A stretch of DNA of 64,000 bases from Bacteroidales bacterium. GTDB lineage: Bacteria; Bacteroidota; Bacteroidia; Bacteroidales; UBA932. This document shows, in pieces, positions 9,408 through 20,100 of this stretch. The notes beneath the pieces are model-generated. The model did not search any database. It saw only the letters and a list, made by a program, of their open reading frames with translations, and was not told the origin of the DNA. The stretch lies in the NCBI GenBank assembly GCA_041663505.1, contig JBAYMP010000001.1, positions 30,400 through 94,399 on the forward strand, read 5' to 3'. The first letter of the stretch is position 1. Every line of letters begins with the position of its first letter. The position numbers and the translations under genes were made by a program.

Positions 9408-10187
9408 TTAGTCCTTAAGTTTTGCTTTTAAAAACTCTCTGTTCATACGGGCAATATGTGCAACTGAAATCCCTTTCGGACATTCCATTTCACAAGCTCG
9501 TGTGTTTGTGCAGGCGCCGAATCCCAGCTCATCCATCTTTGCTACCATTGCTTTTGCCCTTCTTGCTCCCTCAATCTTTCCTTGTGGCAACAAAGCAAGA
9601 GAACTTACTCTGGCAGAGACAAATAACATTGCTGAACCATTTTTACAAGCGGCTATACAGGCGCCACAACCCACACAAGCAGCTGCATCCATACTCTCTT
9701 CTGCAGTTTCTCTTTTGATTGGTATTGAGTTTGCGTCAGGAACTCCTCCTGTGTTGACAGATATGTATCCTCCCGCCTGTAGTATCTGATCCAGAGCATT
9801 TCTGTTGACAACCAAATCTTTTATAACAGGCATAGCCGCAGAGCGCCAAGGTTCAATAGTAATTGTGTCACCATCCTTGAACTTACGCATATGAAGCTGG
9901 CAAGTTGTTATATCATCGTCCGGTCCGTGAGCCCTGCCGTTGATATACAACGAACACATACCGCAAATACCTTCACGACAGTCATTATCAAACACAACAG
10001 GTCCATCATTTTTGCATCCCTTTTCGATTGCTACAGGATCGCTCCCTTCCCGAATAAGTTGATCATTAAGTATATCCATCATCTCAAGAAATGACGAGTC
10101 GGGAGAGATATTCTTAACCTTGTAGGTCTCGAAATGCCCCTTATCTTTTGCGCTTTTCTGGCGCCATATTTTTAATGTTAAATCCAT
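9408..10187 (-). CDS. sdhB: Succinate dehydrogenase/fumarate reductase iron-sulfur subunit
   Basis: Three Cys clusters: [21 protein letters not shown] and [12 protein letters not shown]. Confidence 0.9.
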   Translation of the reverse strand: MDLTLKIWRQKSAKDKGHFETYKVKNISPDSSFLEMMDILNDQLIREGSDPVAIEKGCKNDGPVVFDNDCREGICGMCSLYINGRAHGPDDDITTCQLHMRKFKDGDTITIEPWRSAAMPVIKDLVVNRNALDQILQAGGYISVNTGGVPDANSIPIKRETAEESMDAAACVGCGACIAACKNGSAMLFVSARVSSLALLPQGKIEGARRAKAMVAKMDELGFGACTNTRACEMECPKGISVAHIARMNREFLKAKLKD

Positions 10188-10199
10188 AATGATAAACTC

Positions 10200-12155
10200 T
10201 TAATCTTTATAGTTTCTTGTAGCCAATTTAATAAACTCGTATTTGAGAGGCTCCTTGTGTTTTTCAGGTTCTTTTCCTTCGCCTGTATACTCCCATGCGC
10301 TAACATACATATAGTTTACATCATCCCGGAGAGTTTCGCCATCCTCAGTCTGCATCTCTTCACGGAAGTGTCCGCCACAAGACTCCTTGCGCATAAGCGC
10401 ATCAAGTGCCATAAGTTCGCCAAGCTCCAAAAAGTCAGCTACTTTAAGTGCTTTTTCTATCTCTTGATTGAACTCTCCGCTCTCTCCCGGGACATATACA
10501 TTCTTCCAGAAGTCTTCTCTTAATGCCTTAATCTCTTTTATTGCTGTCTGAAGACCTTTTTCATTTCTTGCCATGCCAACATATTCCCACATTATATGAC
10601 CAAGTCTTTTATGGAAATGATCTACAGGCTCATTGCCTTTAACAGCAAACAATTTTGCAATTTTAGCTTTGACACCTTCCTCCGCCTTATCAAAAGCAGT
10701 GTGATTTATATCTGTCTTAAGAACCTGAATCTTAGATGCAAGAAAATCTCCGATTGTATAAGGAAGAATGAAATAACCATCTGCCAAACCCTGCATAAGG
10801 GCCGAAGCTCCGAGACGGTTTCCGCCGTGATCACTGAAGTTTGCCTCACCAATCGCATAAAGTCCCGGGATTGTTGTCTGAAGGTTGTAGTCAACCCAGA
10901 GACCTCCCATGGTGTAGTGGATGGCCGGATAGATCATCATAGGCTCTACATAAGGATTAACGTCGGTAATCTTTTCATACATCTGGAACAGGTTACCATA
11001 TCTCTCCTCTATTACATGTTTGCCCAAACGGTCGATTGCAGTCTTGAAATCGAGGAACACTGCAAGTCCGGTGTCGTTAACACCAAAGCCTGCATCACAC
11101 CTCTCTTTAGCCGCGCGGGAAGCCACATCCCTTGGTACGAGGTTTCCGAAAGCCGGGTAACGGCGTTCCAAATAATAATCTCTATCCTCTTCAGGAATCT
11201 GGGAAGCTTTTATATTTTTGGCTCTTAATTTATCAACATCTTCTTTCTTCTTAGGGACCCAGATTCTTCCGTCATTTCTGAGGGATTCACTCATTAGCGT
11301 AAGCTTTGACTGTTGTTCTCCATGAACAGGAATGCATGTAGGATGAATTTGTGCAAATGCAGGGTTTGCGAAGAATGCTCCTTTCTTGTAACATTGCCAC
11401 GCAGCAGATCCGTTACTGTTCATAGCATTTGTGGAGAGAAAAAATACATTTCCGTAACCACCGGAAGCAATTACAACGGCGTGGGCACCATGTCTTTCAA
11501 TTTCACCTGTAATAAGGTTTCTGGCAATAATACCTTTTGCCTCTCCGTCAATAACCACCAGGTCCAGCATCTCGTGGCGAGTGTAACATTTAACTGTTCC
11601 CAAATGAATCTGACGGTTAAGTGCTGCATATGCGCCCAAAAGTAACTGTTGACCGGTTTGACCCCTTGCATAGAATGTCCTGCTAACCTGTGCGCCTCCA
11701 AATGAACGGTTATCCAATAATCCGCCGTACTCGCGGGCAAAAGGGACACCTTGTGCAACGCATTGGTCAATTATTAAGTTACTTACTTCTGCAAGACGAT
11801 ATACATTTCCCTCTCTGCTTCTGTAGTCACCACCTTTAATTGTATCATAAAAAAGACGGTAGACAGAGTCGTTGTCGTTAGGGTAGTTTTTTGCAGCATT
11901 AATTCCACCCTGAGCCGCTATTGAGTGAGCTCTGCGTGGTGAATCGCTAATGCAAAAAACCTTTACATTATAGCCTAGTTCACCAAGAGATGCCGCTGCT
12001 GATGCTCCTCCCAAACCAGTACCAATAACGATAATCTCCAGCTTACGCTTGTTTCCAGGGCTGACGACACGGATATGTGTCTTATGTTCTGTCCACTTCT
12101 CGGACAAAGGCCCTTCAGGGGTTTTTGAAATTAGTTTTTCGGACATTTTTACCAT
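10200..12155 (-). CDS. sdhA: Succinate dehydrogenase/fumarate reductase flavoprotein subunit
   Basis: [10 protein letters not shown] dinucleotide fold and [12 protein letters not shown] (covalent-FAD His). The start was trimmed to Met25 or Met28 of the 675-aa ORF (ATG at 12155 or 12146), because a TAnnTTTG box sits at 12168-12175. Confidence 0.9.
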   Translation of the reverse strand: MVKMSEKLISKTPEGPLSEKWTEHKTHIRVVSPGNKRKLEIIVIGTGLGGASAAASLGELGYNVKVFCISDSPRRAHSIAAQGGINAAKNYPNDNDSVYRLFYDTIKGGDYRSREGNVYRLAEVSNLIIDQCVAQGVPFAREYGGLLDNRSFGGAQVSRTFYARGQTGQQLLLGAYAALNRQIHLGTVKCYTRHEMLDLVVIDGEAKGIIARNLITGEIERHGAHAVVIASGGYGNVFFLSTNAMNSNGSAAWQCYKKGAFFANPAFAQIHPTCIPVHGEQQSKLTLMSESLRNDGRIWVPKKKEDVDKLRAKNIKASQIPEEDRDYYLERRYPAFGNLVPRDVASRAAKERCDAGFGVNDTGLAVFLDFKTAIDRLGKHVIEERYGNLFQMYEKITDVNPYVEPMMIYPAIHYTMGGLWVDYNLQTTIPGLYAIGEANFSDHGGNRLGASALMQGLADGYFILPYTIGDFLASKIQVLKTDINHTAFDKAEEGVKAKIAKLFAVKGNEPVDHFHKRLGHIMWEYVGMARNEKGLQTAIKEIKALREDFWKNVYVPGESGEFNQEIEKALKVADFLELGELMALDALMRKESCGGHFREEMQTEDGETLRDDVNYMYVSAWEYTGEGKEPEKHKEPLKYEFIKLATRNYKD

Positions 12156-12167
12156 TTTTAAAGTCCG

Positions 12168-12175
12168 CAAAACTA
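12168..12175 (-). promoter_or_regulatory. Bacteroides-type -7 box (TAGTTTTG on the minus strand) directly upstream of sdhA
   Basis: Plus strand reads CAAAACTA. It is 13 nt from the ATG at 12155. Confidence 0.4.
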
Positions 12176-12244
12176 CGCATTTCGGACAAGATAACCAATT
12201 ATATCTCAATTTTTGTACCTTTACCAAAAATAAGAATTGGTATT

Positions 12245-14446
12245 ATGAAAACAATAAAATTACTCTTAATATTTATCGCTTCCTTTTCTGTTTTAACTGG
12301 TTATTCTCAAACCACAATCATTCCAAAACCCAATAGAGCCGAGTTTGGAGAGGGTTACTTTCAGATGAATGAAAATTGTGTTATCTGCACAAACGAAAAG
12401 AGTTATTCCAATTTAAACTACCTTAAGAACAAGCTTGTCAAGGCTACAGGATTTCCTTTTAACGATACCAGAAAACTTCCCTCCGACAATTTTATCTCGT
12501 TGGATTTTTCTGCCGGTTACAACATTCCCAACGAAGGGTATCTTTTAAATATTTCAAAGTCAAGTATTATCATTAAGGCAAGTAGCTCTGCAGGAGTTTT
12601 TTACGGTATTCAGTCACTTTTGCAACTTCTGCCGCCCACAATCTACTCAGGAAGAACTACCGGTCACGAATTGTGGAGGATTCCGGTAGTATCTGTCGAA
12701 GATTCCCCCAGGTTCAGTTACCGGGGAATGATGCTCGATGTATCAAGAACTTTCTTCGATGTTCAAACCGTCAAGAAATATATAGACTGGATGTCGTATC
12801 ATAAAATTAACACTTTCCACTGGCATCTTACAGACGACAATGGTTGGCGCATTGAAATCAAAAAGTATCCCGAACTTACAAATAAAGGTGCATGGAGAGG
12901 GGAGAACGAAGTGCTCGCCGCCGCCTTTGGACAAGGGAACAAGAGATATGGAGGGTTTTATACACAGGATCAAATAAAAGAGATTGTAGTATATGCCGCG
13001 CAGAGACATATCGAGATAATTCCTGAAATAGATCTTCCCGGGCATAGTAAGTCAGTTACAGCCTCTTATCCTCGGGTCGCCTGTTCGGGCAGGGATAATA
13101 AACTGAGTGTACAAGGAGAGGAACAGAATGTATGGTGCGTAGGTAAAGAACAGAATTACAAGATGCTGGAAGAAATAATAAAAGAGTTGTCAAAGTTGTT
13201 TCCATCTAAATACATCCATATCGGAGGCGATGAGGTTAATTATTCTGCGTGGACCTCTTGTCCTGATTGTCAGGCCTTGATGGAGAGAGAGGGGATGAAG
13301 GAGCCGGTTGAACTTCTCAATTACTTTGCAAGGAGAATGGAGAGTATTGTTGAAAAACACGGAAAACATATGGCAGGATGGGAGGAGATAATGGATGGGA
13401 AAGATCTGAAAAGAGAGACAAGAGTATATGCCTGGAGGAGTGTGGAAAAGGGTGTGAAATCTGTAAAAAAGGGACAACCTACTGTAATGATGCCTAGTTC
13501 ATATTGCTATTTAGACATGAAACAATCGGAAAATGAGAGGGGACACAACTGGGCTGGAATAGTGCCTATCGAAAAGACTTACTCTCTTGACCCTGTTGGA
13601 ACTGCCCAATTAACTCAGGAAGAGTCCGGGCTGATTATTGGAGTTCAGGGGGCCCTTTGGGCAGAATTATTGGGAAGACCTCAAAGGTTTCTTGATTATC
13701 AGACATACCCAAGATTATGTGCTATTGCGGAGGTTGGCTGGACGCATCAGGAACTCAGAAGTTGGCTGGAATTTAACGACCGTCTTTCGAAGAATCATTT
13801 TGAAAGGATGTATCAGATGGGCATTGCTTTCCGTATTGCCCCCCCTATTGTTATATATGAGAACGGAGCTCTTAAAGCAGAAGCTCCATATCCTTGGCAG
13901 GTAATAAGATACACTATGGATGAGAGCAATCCGACACCATACTCTTCTATCTACAGAGGTGAGATTTTTACAGACAAGCCTGTTAAGTTTCGTTTTGCAA
14001 CATTTTACAGGGACGAACTCTCAAGCATTGCCGTTAAAGCATCAAATGTAGAATATGAGTATCAAAAACCCGAATTCGAAATAGAGACATCCATTGCTGT
14101 CAATAATAAAACTCCACTCGCCAATCTTTATGATTACAAACAGGATACCTATGTAAGAAGCAGCGAGAGACTCAAGGCCGGAGACTACTTTACATACAGG
14201 TTTAAAATGCCCGTTTCCTCAAAAAGGATAACTGTGGAGACCGGAATACCCAACATTAGTTTCTATCCGGTAACTGACGGGTATGTAGAATACTCATACA
14301 ACGGTACAGATTTTATTAAAGGAGACGAGTTTGTGAATGGTATAGCCGTAATTTATCCTAAAGAACCGGTAATGGCAGTCAGAATACAGGTTACAGCTCC
14401 GAATGATGGCTATACAGCCGCTTTCCAGGAGTTGGAAATTGATTAA
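12245..14446 (+). CDS. Secreted beta-N-acetylhexosaminidase (GH20) with a C-terminal extra domain
   Basis: Signal peptide MKTIKLLLIFIASFSVLTGYSQ, FHWHLTDDNGWR, and the catalytic HIGGDEV. The start was moved from 12077 to Met57, because the longer ORF overlaps the sdhA promoter and start. Confidence 0.85.
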   Translation: MKTIKLLLIFIASFSVLTGYSQTTIIPKPNRAEFGEGYFQMNENCVICTNEKSYSNLNYLKNKLVKATGFPFNDTRKLPSDNFISLDFSAGYNIPNEGYLLNISKSSIIIKASSSAGVFYGIQSLLQLLPPTIYSGRTTGHELWRIPVVSVEDSPRFSYRGMMLDVSRTFFDVQTVKKYIDWMSYHKINTFHWHLTDDNGWRIEIKKYPELTNKGAWRGENEVLAAAFGQGNKRYGGFYTQDQIKEIVVYAAQRHIEIIPEIDLPGHSKSVTASYPRVACSGRDNKLSVQGEEQNVWCVGKEQNYKMLEEIIKELSKLFPSKYIHIGGDEVNYSAWTSCPDCQALMEREGMKEPVELLNYFARRMESIVEKHGKHMAGWEEIMDGKDLKRETRVYAWRSVEKGVKSVKKGQPTVMMPSSYCYLDMKQSENERGHNWAGIVPIEKTYSLDPVGTAQLTQEESGLIIGVQGALWAELLGRPQRFLDYQTYPRLCAIAEVGWTHQELRSWLEFNDRLSKNHFERMYQMGIAFRIAPPIVIYENGALKAEAPYPWQVIRYTMDESNPTPYSSIYRGEIFTDKPVKFRFATFYRDELSSIAVKASNVEYEYQKPEFEIETSIAVNNKTPLANLYDYKQDTYVRSSERLKAGDYFTYRFKMPVSSKRITVETGIPNISFYPVTDGYVEYSYNGTDFIKGDEFVNGIAVIYPKEPVMAVRIQVTAPNDGYTAAFQELEID

Positions 14447-15672
14447 TTATTTACGGTAAGGGTTTTGTATGCACGAATTATTGCCTCAGAGGCCTGTCCG
14501 TTCAGTTCATTCAGCTCATCGAGATTAAGACCGTCTTTTCTCCATCTTTCAATAGGATCTTTGTAGAGCAGATAGACAAACTCTTCTGCGGGGCAAAGTT
14601 CCTGCATATAACCACTTCCCTTGCTATTATAGATAAGGTTGAAGTTCATATATTTGGGTCCGTTTCCACGTTTTAGCGAGAATGTTTTATACTTAAGTGC
14701 AAGGGCGTTATCGCAAGCTGTGGAATTTTGAGACTCACCGGAACGCATAACTACTGAGGGTTGCTGATCTCCGGCTTTTACCCAAAGCGGAATTGCCACA
14801 CCGGCAGGGGGATATCCCAAGACTGTCCACATAGTTGTCATCTCAACATTTTCTCCCGGCCTTACACCTTGAATTACGACTGAAGCTGTAGATGATTTTC
14901 TTGGAATAAAATCCTGATCAACAACCCAACCGTTGAACCTCTCAGGAGACTGGTCTGGTTTCAGAAGATTGAAACCCTGTAGCGAATGATAAAATGAGCG
15001 CGACAAGTTGTTAAAAATCCACTGCGGAGTGATATTCATAAAGGGAGTCTGTTTTGATAAAATTTCACTTGCAGTTTGATACCTGACATAACCCATACCT
15101 TCGTTAAACCGACCTGTATATGAATAATTTGTATAAATAAGATAACCCTCAGGTGCAATTTTTGGATCGTTGGCATCAACTTTTATAAACCCGGCATTAT
15201 TGGTCTCATAATAAGCGGCACCACCCTCTGCATCTATAACTCCGAAGTTTGCCTCCACACCCAAAGGTTTTTTATGTGAATTAAGAAAATTTTCAAAATC
15301 TGACAGATTTTTACAGACAGAGAGAGCTTCAAACATTATTTTTCCCTCCTGATCCATTTTTTCTTCTTTAACATCGTCATCTTTAATATTATATGAGGCT
15401 GTATTAATAATAGAGAAGCCTGCGCTGTTGGTACCCACCCATACTATGCCTGTACTGTCCGGGCTATCGACCAACGCAATAAAATTGTATCTATCACCCT
15501 CAAAAAACTGAATCCTGTTATTATCTTCTCCGGTATCCCTGTGTTTCCACAGTAACGGTCTGCCATCCGGAGTCAATTTACCTGTAATAATAGCAGATGT
15601 ACAGGAAAACAAATCATTACAGTTTAAAATGATAAGTAAAGTCGAAAAAATTGTTATAATAAATCGTTTCAT
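14443..15672 (-). CDS. Secreted Ntn-hydrolase-type cysteine hydrolase (peptidase C69/C45-like)
   Basis: A signal peptide is followed by ...[26 protein letters not shown]. This matches the N-terminal nucleophile Cys pattern of C69 dipeptidases and related Ntn hydrolases. Confidence 0.5.
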   Translation of the reverse strand: MKRFIITIFSTLLIILNCNDLFSCTSAIITGKLTPDGRPLLWKHRDTGEDNNRIQFFEGDRYNFIALVDSPDSTGIVWVGTNSAGFSIINTASYNIKDDDVKEEKMDQEGKIMFEALSVCKNLSDFENFLNSHKKPLGVEANFGVIDAEGGAAYYETNNAGFIKVDANDPKIAPEGYLIYTNYSYTGRFNEGMGYVRYQTASEILSKQTPFMNITPQWIFNNLSRSFYHSLQGFNLLKPDQSPERFNGWVVDQDFIPRKSSTASVVIQGVRPGENVEMTTMWTVLGYPPAGVAIPLWVKAGDQQPSVVMRSGESQNSTACDNALALKYKTFSLKRGNGPKYMNFNLIYNSKGSGYMQELCPAEEFVYLLYKDPIERWRKDGLNLDELNELNGQASEAIIRAYKTLTVNN

Positions 15673-16685
15673 ATTAAAAGCTCTCCCATTGAATTTTTGT
15701 TTATACCCAAATGTTTGTATGCCAGATCAGTAACCTCTCTTCCCCTGGGAGTTCTGTGTATAAAACCCTCCTTTATAAGAAATGGTTCATAAACCTCTTC
15801 TATTGTTCCTATATCTTCACTTACTGCTGTTGCAATTGTACTCACTCCAACCGGTCCCCCTTTAAATTTATTAATTATTGTAGAGAGAATCTTATTATCC
15901 ATAAGATCTAAACCTCTCTTATCTATATTTAAGGCGTCCAAAGCATAATTTGTAATTTCAATATCTATTTTACCATTCCCTTTCACTTGGGCAAAATCTC
16001 TTACCCTTCTGAGCAGTGAGTTTGCAATTCTTGGTGTTCCCCTGCTCCTGCGTGCTATCTCCGTTGCTGCCTCTTTTTCAATTCCAATATTCAAAATTGC
16101 AGCACTTCTTGTTATAATTTTAAGAAGCACTTCGGCATCGTAGTACTCCAGATGTGATTGAATTCCAAACCTTGCCCGCAAAGGAGAGGTAAGTAACCCG
16201 CTTCTGGTAGTTGCTCCTATAAGAGTAAAAGGATTCAGGGAAATTTGTACAGATCTTGCACCCGGACCCTTATCAATCATAATATCAATAGAAAAATCCT
16301 CCATAGCCGAGTAAAGATACTCCTCGACAACCGGTGCCAGCCTGTGTATCTCATCTATAAACAAAACATCTCCCTTTTCAAGACCTGTAAGCAAACCTGC
16401 CAAATCACCAGGCTTATCGAGTACCGGACCGGATGTAATTTTCATACCTACTCCAAGTTCGTTGGCTACAATATGAGCCAGAGTAGTCTTACCAAGACCC
16501 GGAGGACCGTGAAGCAAAAGATGATCCAAAGCCTCGCCCCTCATTTTAGCAGCTTTTACAAAAATTTTAAGATTTCCAATTATCTTCTCCTGACCTGAAA
16601 ATTCCGCAAAATCCTGTGGTCTTATTTGTCCTTCAAAATCCCTATCTTTGCTTTCTTTCTCATTATGAGGGTCAAAACTTGCCAT
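15669..16685 (-). CDS. ruvB: Holliday junction branch migration DNA helicase RuvB
   Basis: Walker [10 protein letters not shown], Walker [10 protein letters not shown], and [16 protein letters not shown]. Confidence 0.95.
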   Translation of the reverse strand: MASFDPHNEKESKDRDFEGQIRPQDFAEFSGQEKIIGNLKIFVKAAKMRGEALDHLLLHGPPGLGKTTLAHIVANELGVGMKITSGPVLDKPGDLAGLLTGLEKGDVLFIDEIHRLAPVVEEYLYSAMEDFSIDIMIDKGPGARSVQISLNPFTLIGATTRSGLLTSPLRARFGIQSHLEYYDAEVLLKIITRSAAILNIGIEKEAATEIARRSRGTPRIANSLLRRVRDFAQVKGNGKIDIEITNYALDALNIDKRGLDLMDNKILSTIINKFKGGPVGVSTIATAVSEDIGTIEEVYEPFLIKEGFIHRTPRGREVTDLAYKHLGINKNSMGELLI

Positions 16686-16937
16686 TTTATAAACACTATT
16701 AATTATTACAAATATATATTATTCTTTTTATAAATCTTTTGTTTTTGATATATGCTTGTTTATATGTTCATAAATAAAGATATTAACTTAAAATGGCTTT
16801 TATAAACACCAATTAACATCGTTTTCAACAAGTATTAATTCATATAATTATTTACATATAAATATTATAAATAATTTTTACAGTAGTTGTCAACAGATAT
16901 TAATAACTTTTTGGCTTATTATTTTACAAATAAAAAG

Positions 16938-16946
16938 TGTGGATAA
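16938..16946 (-). promoter_or_regulatory. Perfect DnaA-box 9-mer (TTATCCACA on the minus strand)
   Basis: Plus strand reads TGTGGATAA. Confidence 0.35.
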
Positions 16947-17083
16947 TTTTTCGATAAAAAGATGAAAAACTACCCCTCTAAAATTTGCTTTTCAAAACGG
17001 AATAATTATATATAAAATATCCTTGATTTTTAAAAAATAGTTATTGAAACTTCTGCACATTTATCAAACGGAGTTATTAACAT

Positions 17084-17092
17084 ATATCCACA
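17084..17092 (+). promoter_or_regulatory. DnaA-box-like 9-mer ATATCCACA (8/9 match)
   Basis: Read directly from the sequence. It is in the opposite orientation to the box at 16938-16946. Confidence 0.3.
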
Positions 17093-17108
17093 CTTTATGT
17101 TAATAAAC

Positions 17109-17116
17109 TATCTTTG
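17109..17116 (+). promoter_or_regulatory. Bacteroides-type -7 box TATCTTTG upstream of mfd
   Basis: Matches TAnnTTTG, 12 nt upstream of the ATG at 17128. Confidence 0.45.
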
Positions 17117-17127
17117 CATTCTGATTT

Positions 17128-20100
17128 ATGAAAGATAATAACCCTGAGAGTTGTTTTGCAGAACAAGAGTCTAATAAAGAGCTGATCGAGTGGATCAAAA
17201 GCTCTTCTAAAGATCTTATGGTTCTGGATGGACTTTACTCTTCTGCAAAGGCGTTTGCTATGGCGTCGGCTATGCAGGAGGGGCTTCATCTTGTACTGTT
17301 GAATAATAAAGACGCCGCTGCTTACTGTGCCAATGACCTTAGCAGTTTGATTGACAAGGAGAGTGTATATTTTTTCCCAAGTTCAGTAAATTACAGCTTA
17401 AGGAACGGCGTAAAAGATTCATCACATCTGGTACAGAGGACAGCAGCAATAAAGGCGATAAACTCATACCTGAATGGAGAGGTAAAATCCGGCAGGGTGA
17501 TTCTGGTCGGTTATCCTCACTCTGTTTCTGAATTGTTTATCAATAAAAAAAAATTACAATCCGGCATTCTTAGTATTTCCAAGGGATACACACTGTCACA
17601 CGAATTTATTAAAGAGACCTTGATTGCATACTCTTTCGAAAAAGTAGATTTTGTTACTGAACCCGGGCAGTTCGCGCTAAGAGGAGGGCTTATAGATCTC
17701 TTCTCCTATTCCGACAACAGGCCTTACAGAATTGACTTCTTTGGAGATACCGTTGAGAGCATAAGAGCTTTTGATATTGAGAGCCAAAGATCTACAGAAG
17801 AGTTTGAAAGCATAGAAATATTTCCTAATATATATGAGGGAAATATAAAGGCAGAGCTTATAGATTATTTTACATTTACAAAAGGGAAATCCACGATTTG
17901 GGTTACTGACTACGACTATTTCACGCAACAGATTGCTCTTTTGAAAGAGCATCAGAGAGAGGAGGAGGAGCTGCTGGACAAGGAGGCTTTCATGAGTAAT
18001 ATTGAGAGACATAAAAGGATATTCTTCGGACCTCTGCAAAGGAGTCTGGTTGCCGGGAGAACTCTATCTTACCATACAACTCCCCAGCCATCGTTTAATA
18101 AAAATTTTGAATTGCTGGCCCGGGATATTGCAGATAGAACAGCACAAGGTTATGCGGTTTCGATTTTGAGTGACAACCCTAACCAAATCGAGAGACTTCG
18201 TCAGATTTTCTCTTCTATTGAAAAGTCGAATGTAACGTTTGATACTCAAAACTGGTCCCTTCACGAAGGATTTATAGATCATATATCTAAAATTTGCCTC
18301 TACACAGATCACCAGATTTTTGAAAGGTACCACAGGGTAAAAACTCAGCGATCTGTTGAGAAAAGTGAGAGACTCACCATTAACGAACTGAACTCTTATC
18401 AAATCGGGGATTATATTGTGCATATAGATCACGGTGTGGGGCAATTCGGAGGTCTTGTAAAGACCCAGATAAACGGAAAGCAACAAGAGGCGGTAAAACT
18501 GATATACAAAGACGGCGATGTAATTTTTGTATCGATACACGGACTGCACAGGATATCTAGATACAAGTCCAAAGACTCATTGCCGCCTAAAGTGTACAAG
18601 CTGGGGACAGGGGCCTGGCAAAAATTAAAAAGCCAGACAAAATCCAAAATTAAAGATATAGCAAAAGATCTGATAGACCTGTATTCAAAGAGAAGAGATG
18701 CAAAAGGATTTGCATTTTCAAACGACTCATACTTGCAAAATGAACTGGAAGCATCTTTTATTTATGAGGATACACCGGATCAGGTAAAAGCAACCAAAGC
18801 GGTAAAAGAGGATATGGAGCAATCGTTTCCAATGGACAGGCTTATTTGCGGAGATGTAGGCTTCGGTAAGACAGAGATAGCAATAAGGGCGGCTTTCAAA
18901 GCGGTAGCTGACAGCAAACAGGTTGCCTTGCTGGTGCCAACAACTATTCTGGCTTTACAACATTATAAAACCTTTGAAAGGCGGCTCAAGGACTTTCCGT
19001 GCAGAACAGAATATATCAGCAGATTGAGAGATTCCGGTGAAATCAGGGATATAACACAAGATTTGGAGAAGGGCAAAGTGGACATAATAATTGGCACCCA
19101 CAGACTTCTTAATAAAGAGATTAAATTTAAAGATCTGGGTCTGCTCATAATAGACGAAGAGCAAAAATTCGGAGTTGCCGCCAAAGAGCGACTTCGTCAA
19201 CTGAAGTTAGATGTAGATACCCTTACTCTTTCTGCAACGCCAATACCAAGAACACTCCAGTTTTCACTGTTAGGCGCCAGGGATTTGTCCATAATCAATA
19301 CCCCTCCACCAAACAGGCTTCCGGTTCAGACGGAAATAATTGACTTTAACGAAGAGTATATAAGGGATGCCATTAACTTTGAGGTAGAGAGAGGCGGACA
19401 AGTATTCTTCGTTCACAACAGGGTTGAGGATATCAGAGCTGTGGAAGATATTATACGCAGGCTGTGTCCCAATGTCAAAACCTGCATCGGTCACGGTCAG
19501 ATGGTGCCTGCAGCTCTGGAGAGGGTAGTGCTGGATTTTATGGCAGGAGATTATGATGTTCTTATTGCTACGACAATCGTGGAGAATGGCATCGATATTC
19601 CTAATGCCAACACGATAATCATCAACCAGGCCCAGAACTTTGGCCTCAGCGATCTTCATCAGCTCCGGGGCAGGGTAGGGCGGTCAAATAATAAGGCCTT
19701 CTGTTATCTTATTGTCCCTCCATTAATCTCAATTACAGATGATGCAAGAAGAAGATTAAAGGCGATTGAGGCTTTTTCTGATCTTGGGAGCGGATTCAAC
19801 ATAGCTATGCAGGATCTGGACATAAGAGGAGCAGGAAACCTCCTGGGAGGGGAGCAGAGTGGTTTTATTGCAGATATGGGTTTCGAAACCTATCAGAGAA
19901 TTCTTTCCGAGGCCTTTTCTGAATTGAGAGAGGAGAGAGGCTTGGAAGATATTGCGGAAAGAGGTGCAAAAGAGTATGAGTATATATCTGACTGTATTAT
20001 CGATACCGATCTGGAAATTCTGATTCCCGATGATTATATAGGAATTACGGCGGAGAAAATAAGGCTTTACAAAGAACTTGATGCTATTAATGAGGAGAAA

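Larger units (their letters stand above)
16686..17127. other. 442-bp non-coding region of about 20% GC between the divergent genes ruvB and mfd
   Basis: This is the largest ORF-free gap in the window. Spot counts on two 60-nt lines give 18-20% GC. Confidence 0.8.

Noticed and set aside
10596-11228. 210-aa plus-strand ORF inside sdhA. Similar long antisense ORFs lie at 25814-26461, 49033-49671, 46367-46951, 19756-20295, 18064-18549, 26820-27335, 33475-33918 and 41100-41633.
   Set aside because: Each lies entirely antisense to a gene with strong family motifs. The translations are low-complexity and rich in Cys, Phe and Ile, with no recognisable domain. These are typical shadow ORFs of AT-rich coding DNA.
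12077-12244. The upstream extension of the hexosaminidase ORF (56 codons). Analogous N-terminal extensions occur at thyA (42850-42948), the three AKR genes (54880-54915, 57173-57226, 59268-59321), the EEP gene (27710-27760) and the fabK-like gene (39693-39737).
   Set aside because: The internal Met gives a canonical N-terminus (a signal peptide or conserved family start) in each case. The extensions overlap neighbouring genes or promoter boxes.
12049-12336. 95-aa plus-strand ORF between sdhA and the hexosaminidase gene, considered as a possible missing sdhC/frdC
   Set aside because: It is on the wrong strand and overlaps the sdhA start and promoter. It has no run of TM helices as expected for a cytochrome b anchor, and it overlaps the hexosaminidase signal peptide in another frame.
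16686-17127. The AT-rich spacer was checked for a CRISPR array, a tandem repeat array, or a hidden small RNA gene (tmRNA, RNase P, 6S, SRP).
   Set aside because: No direct repeats of 24 nt or longer with regular spacing are visible. About 20% GC is incompatible with the structured RNAs listed.
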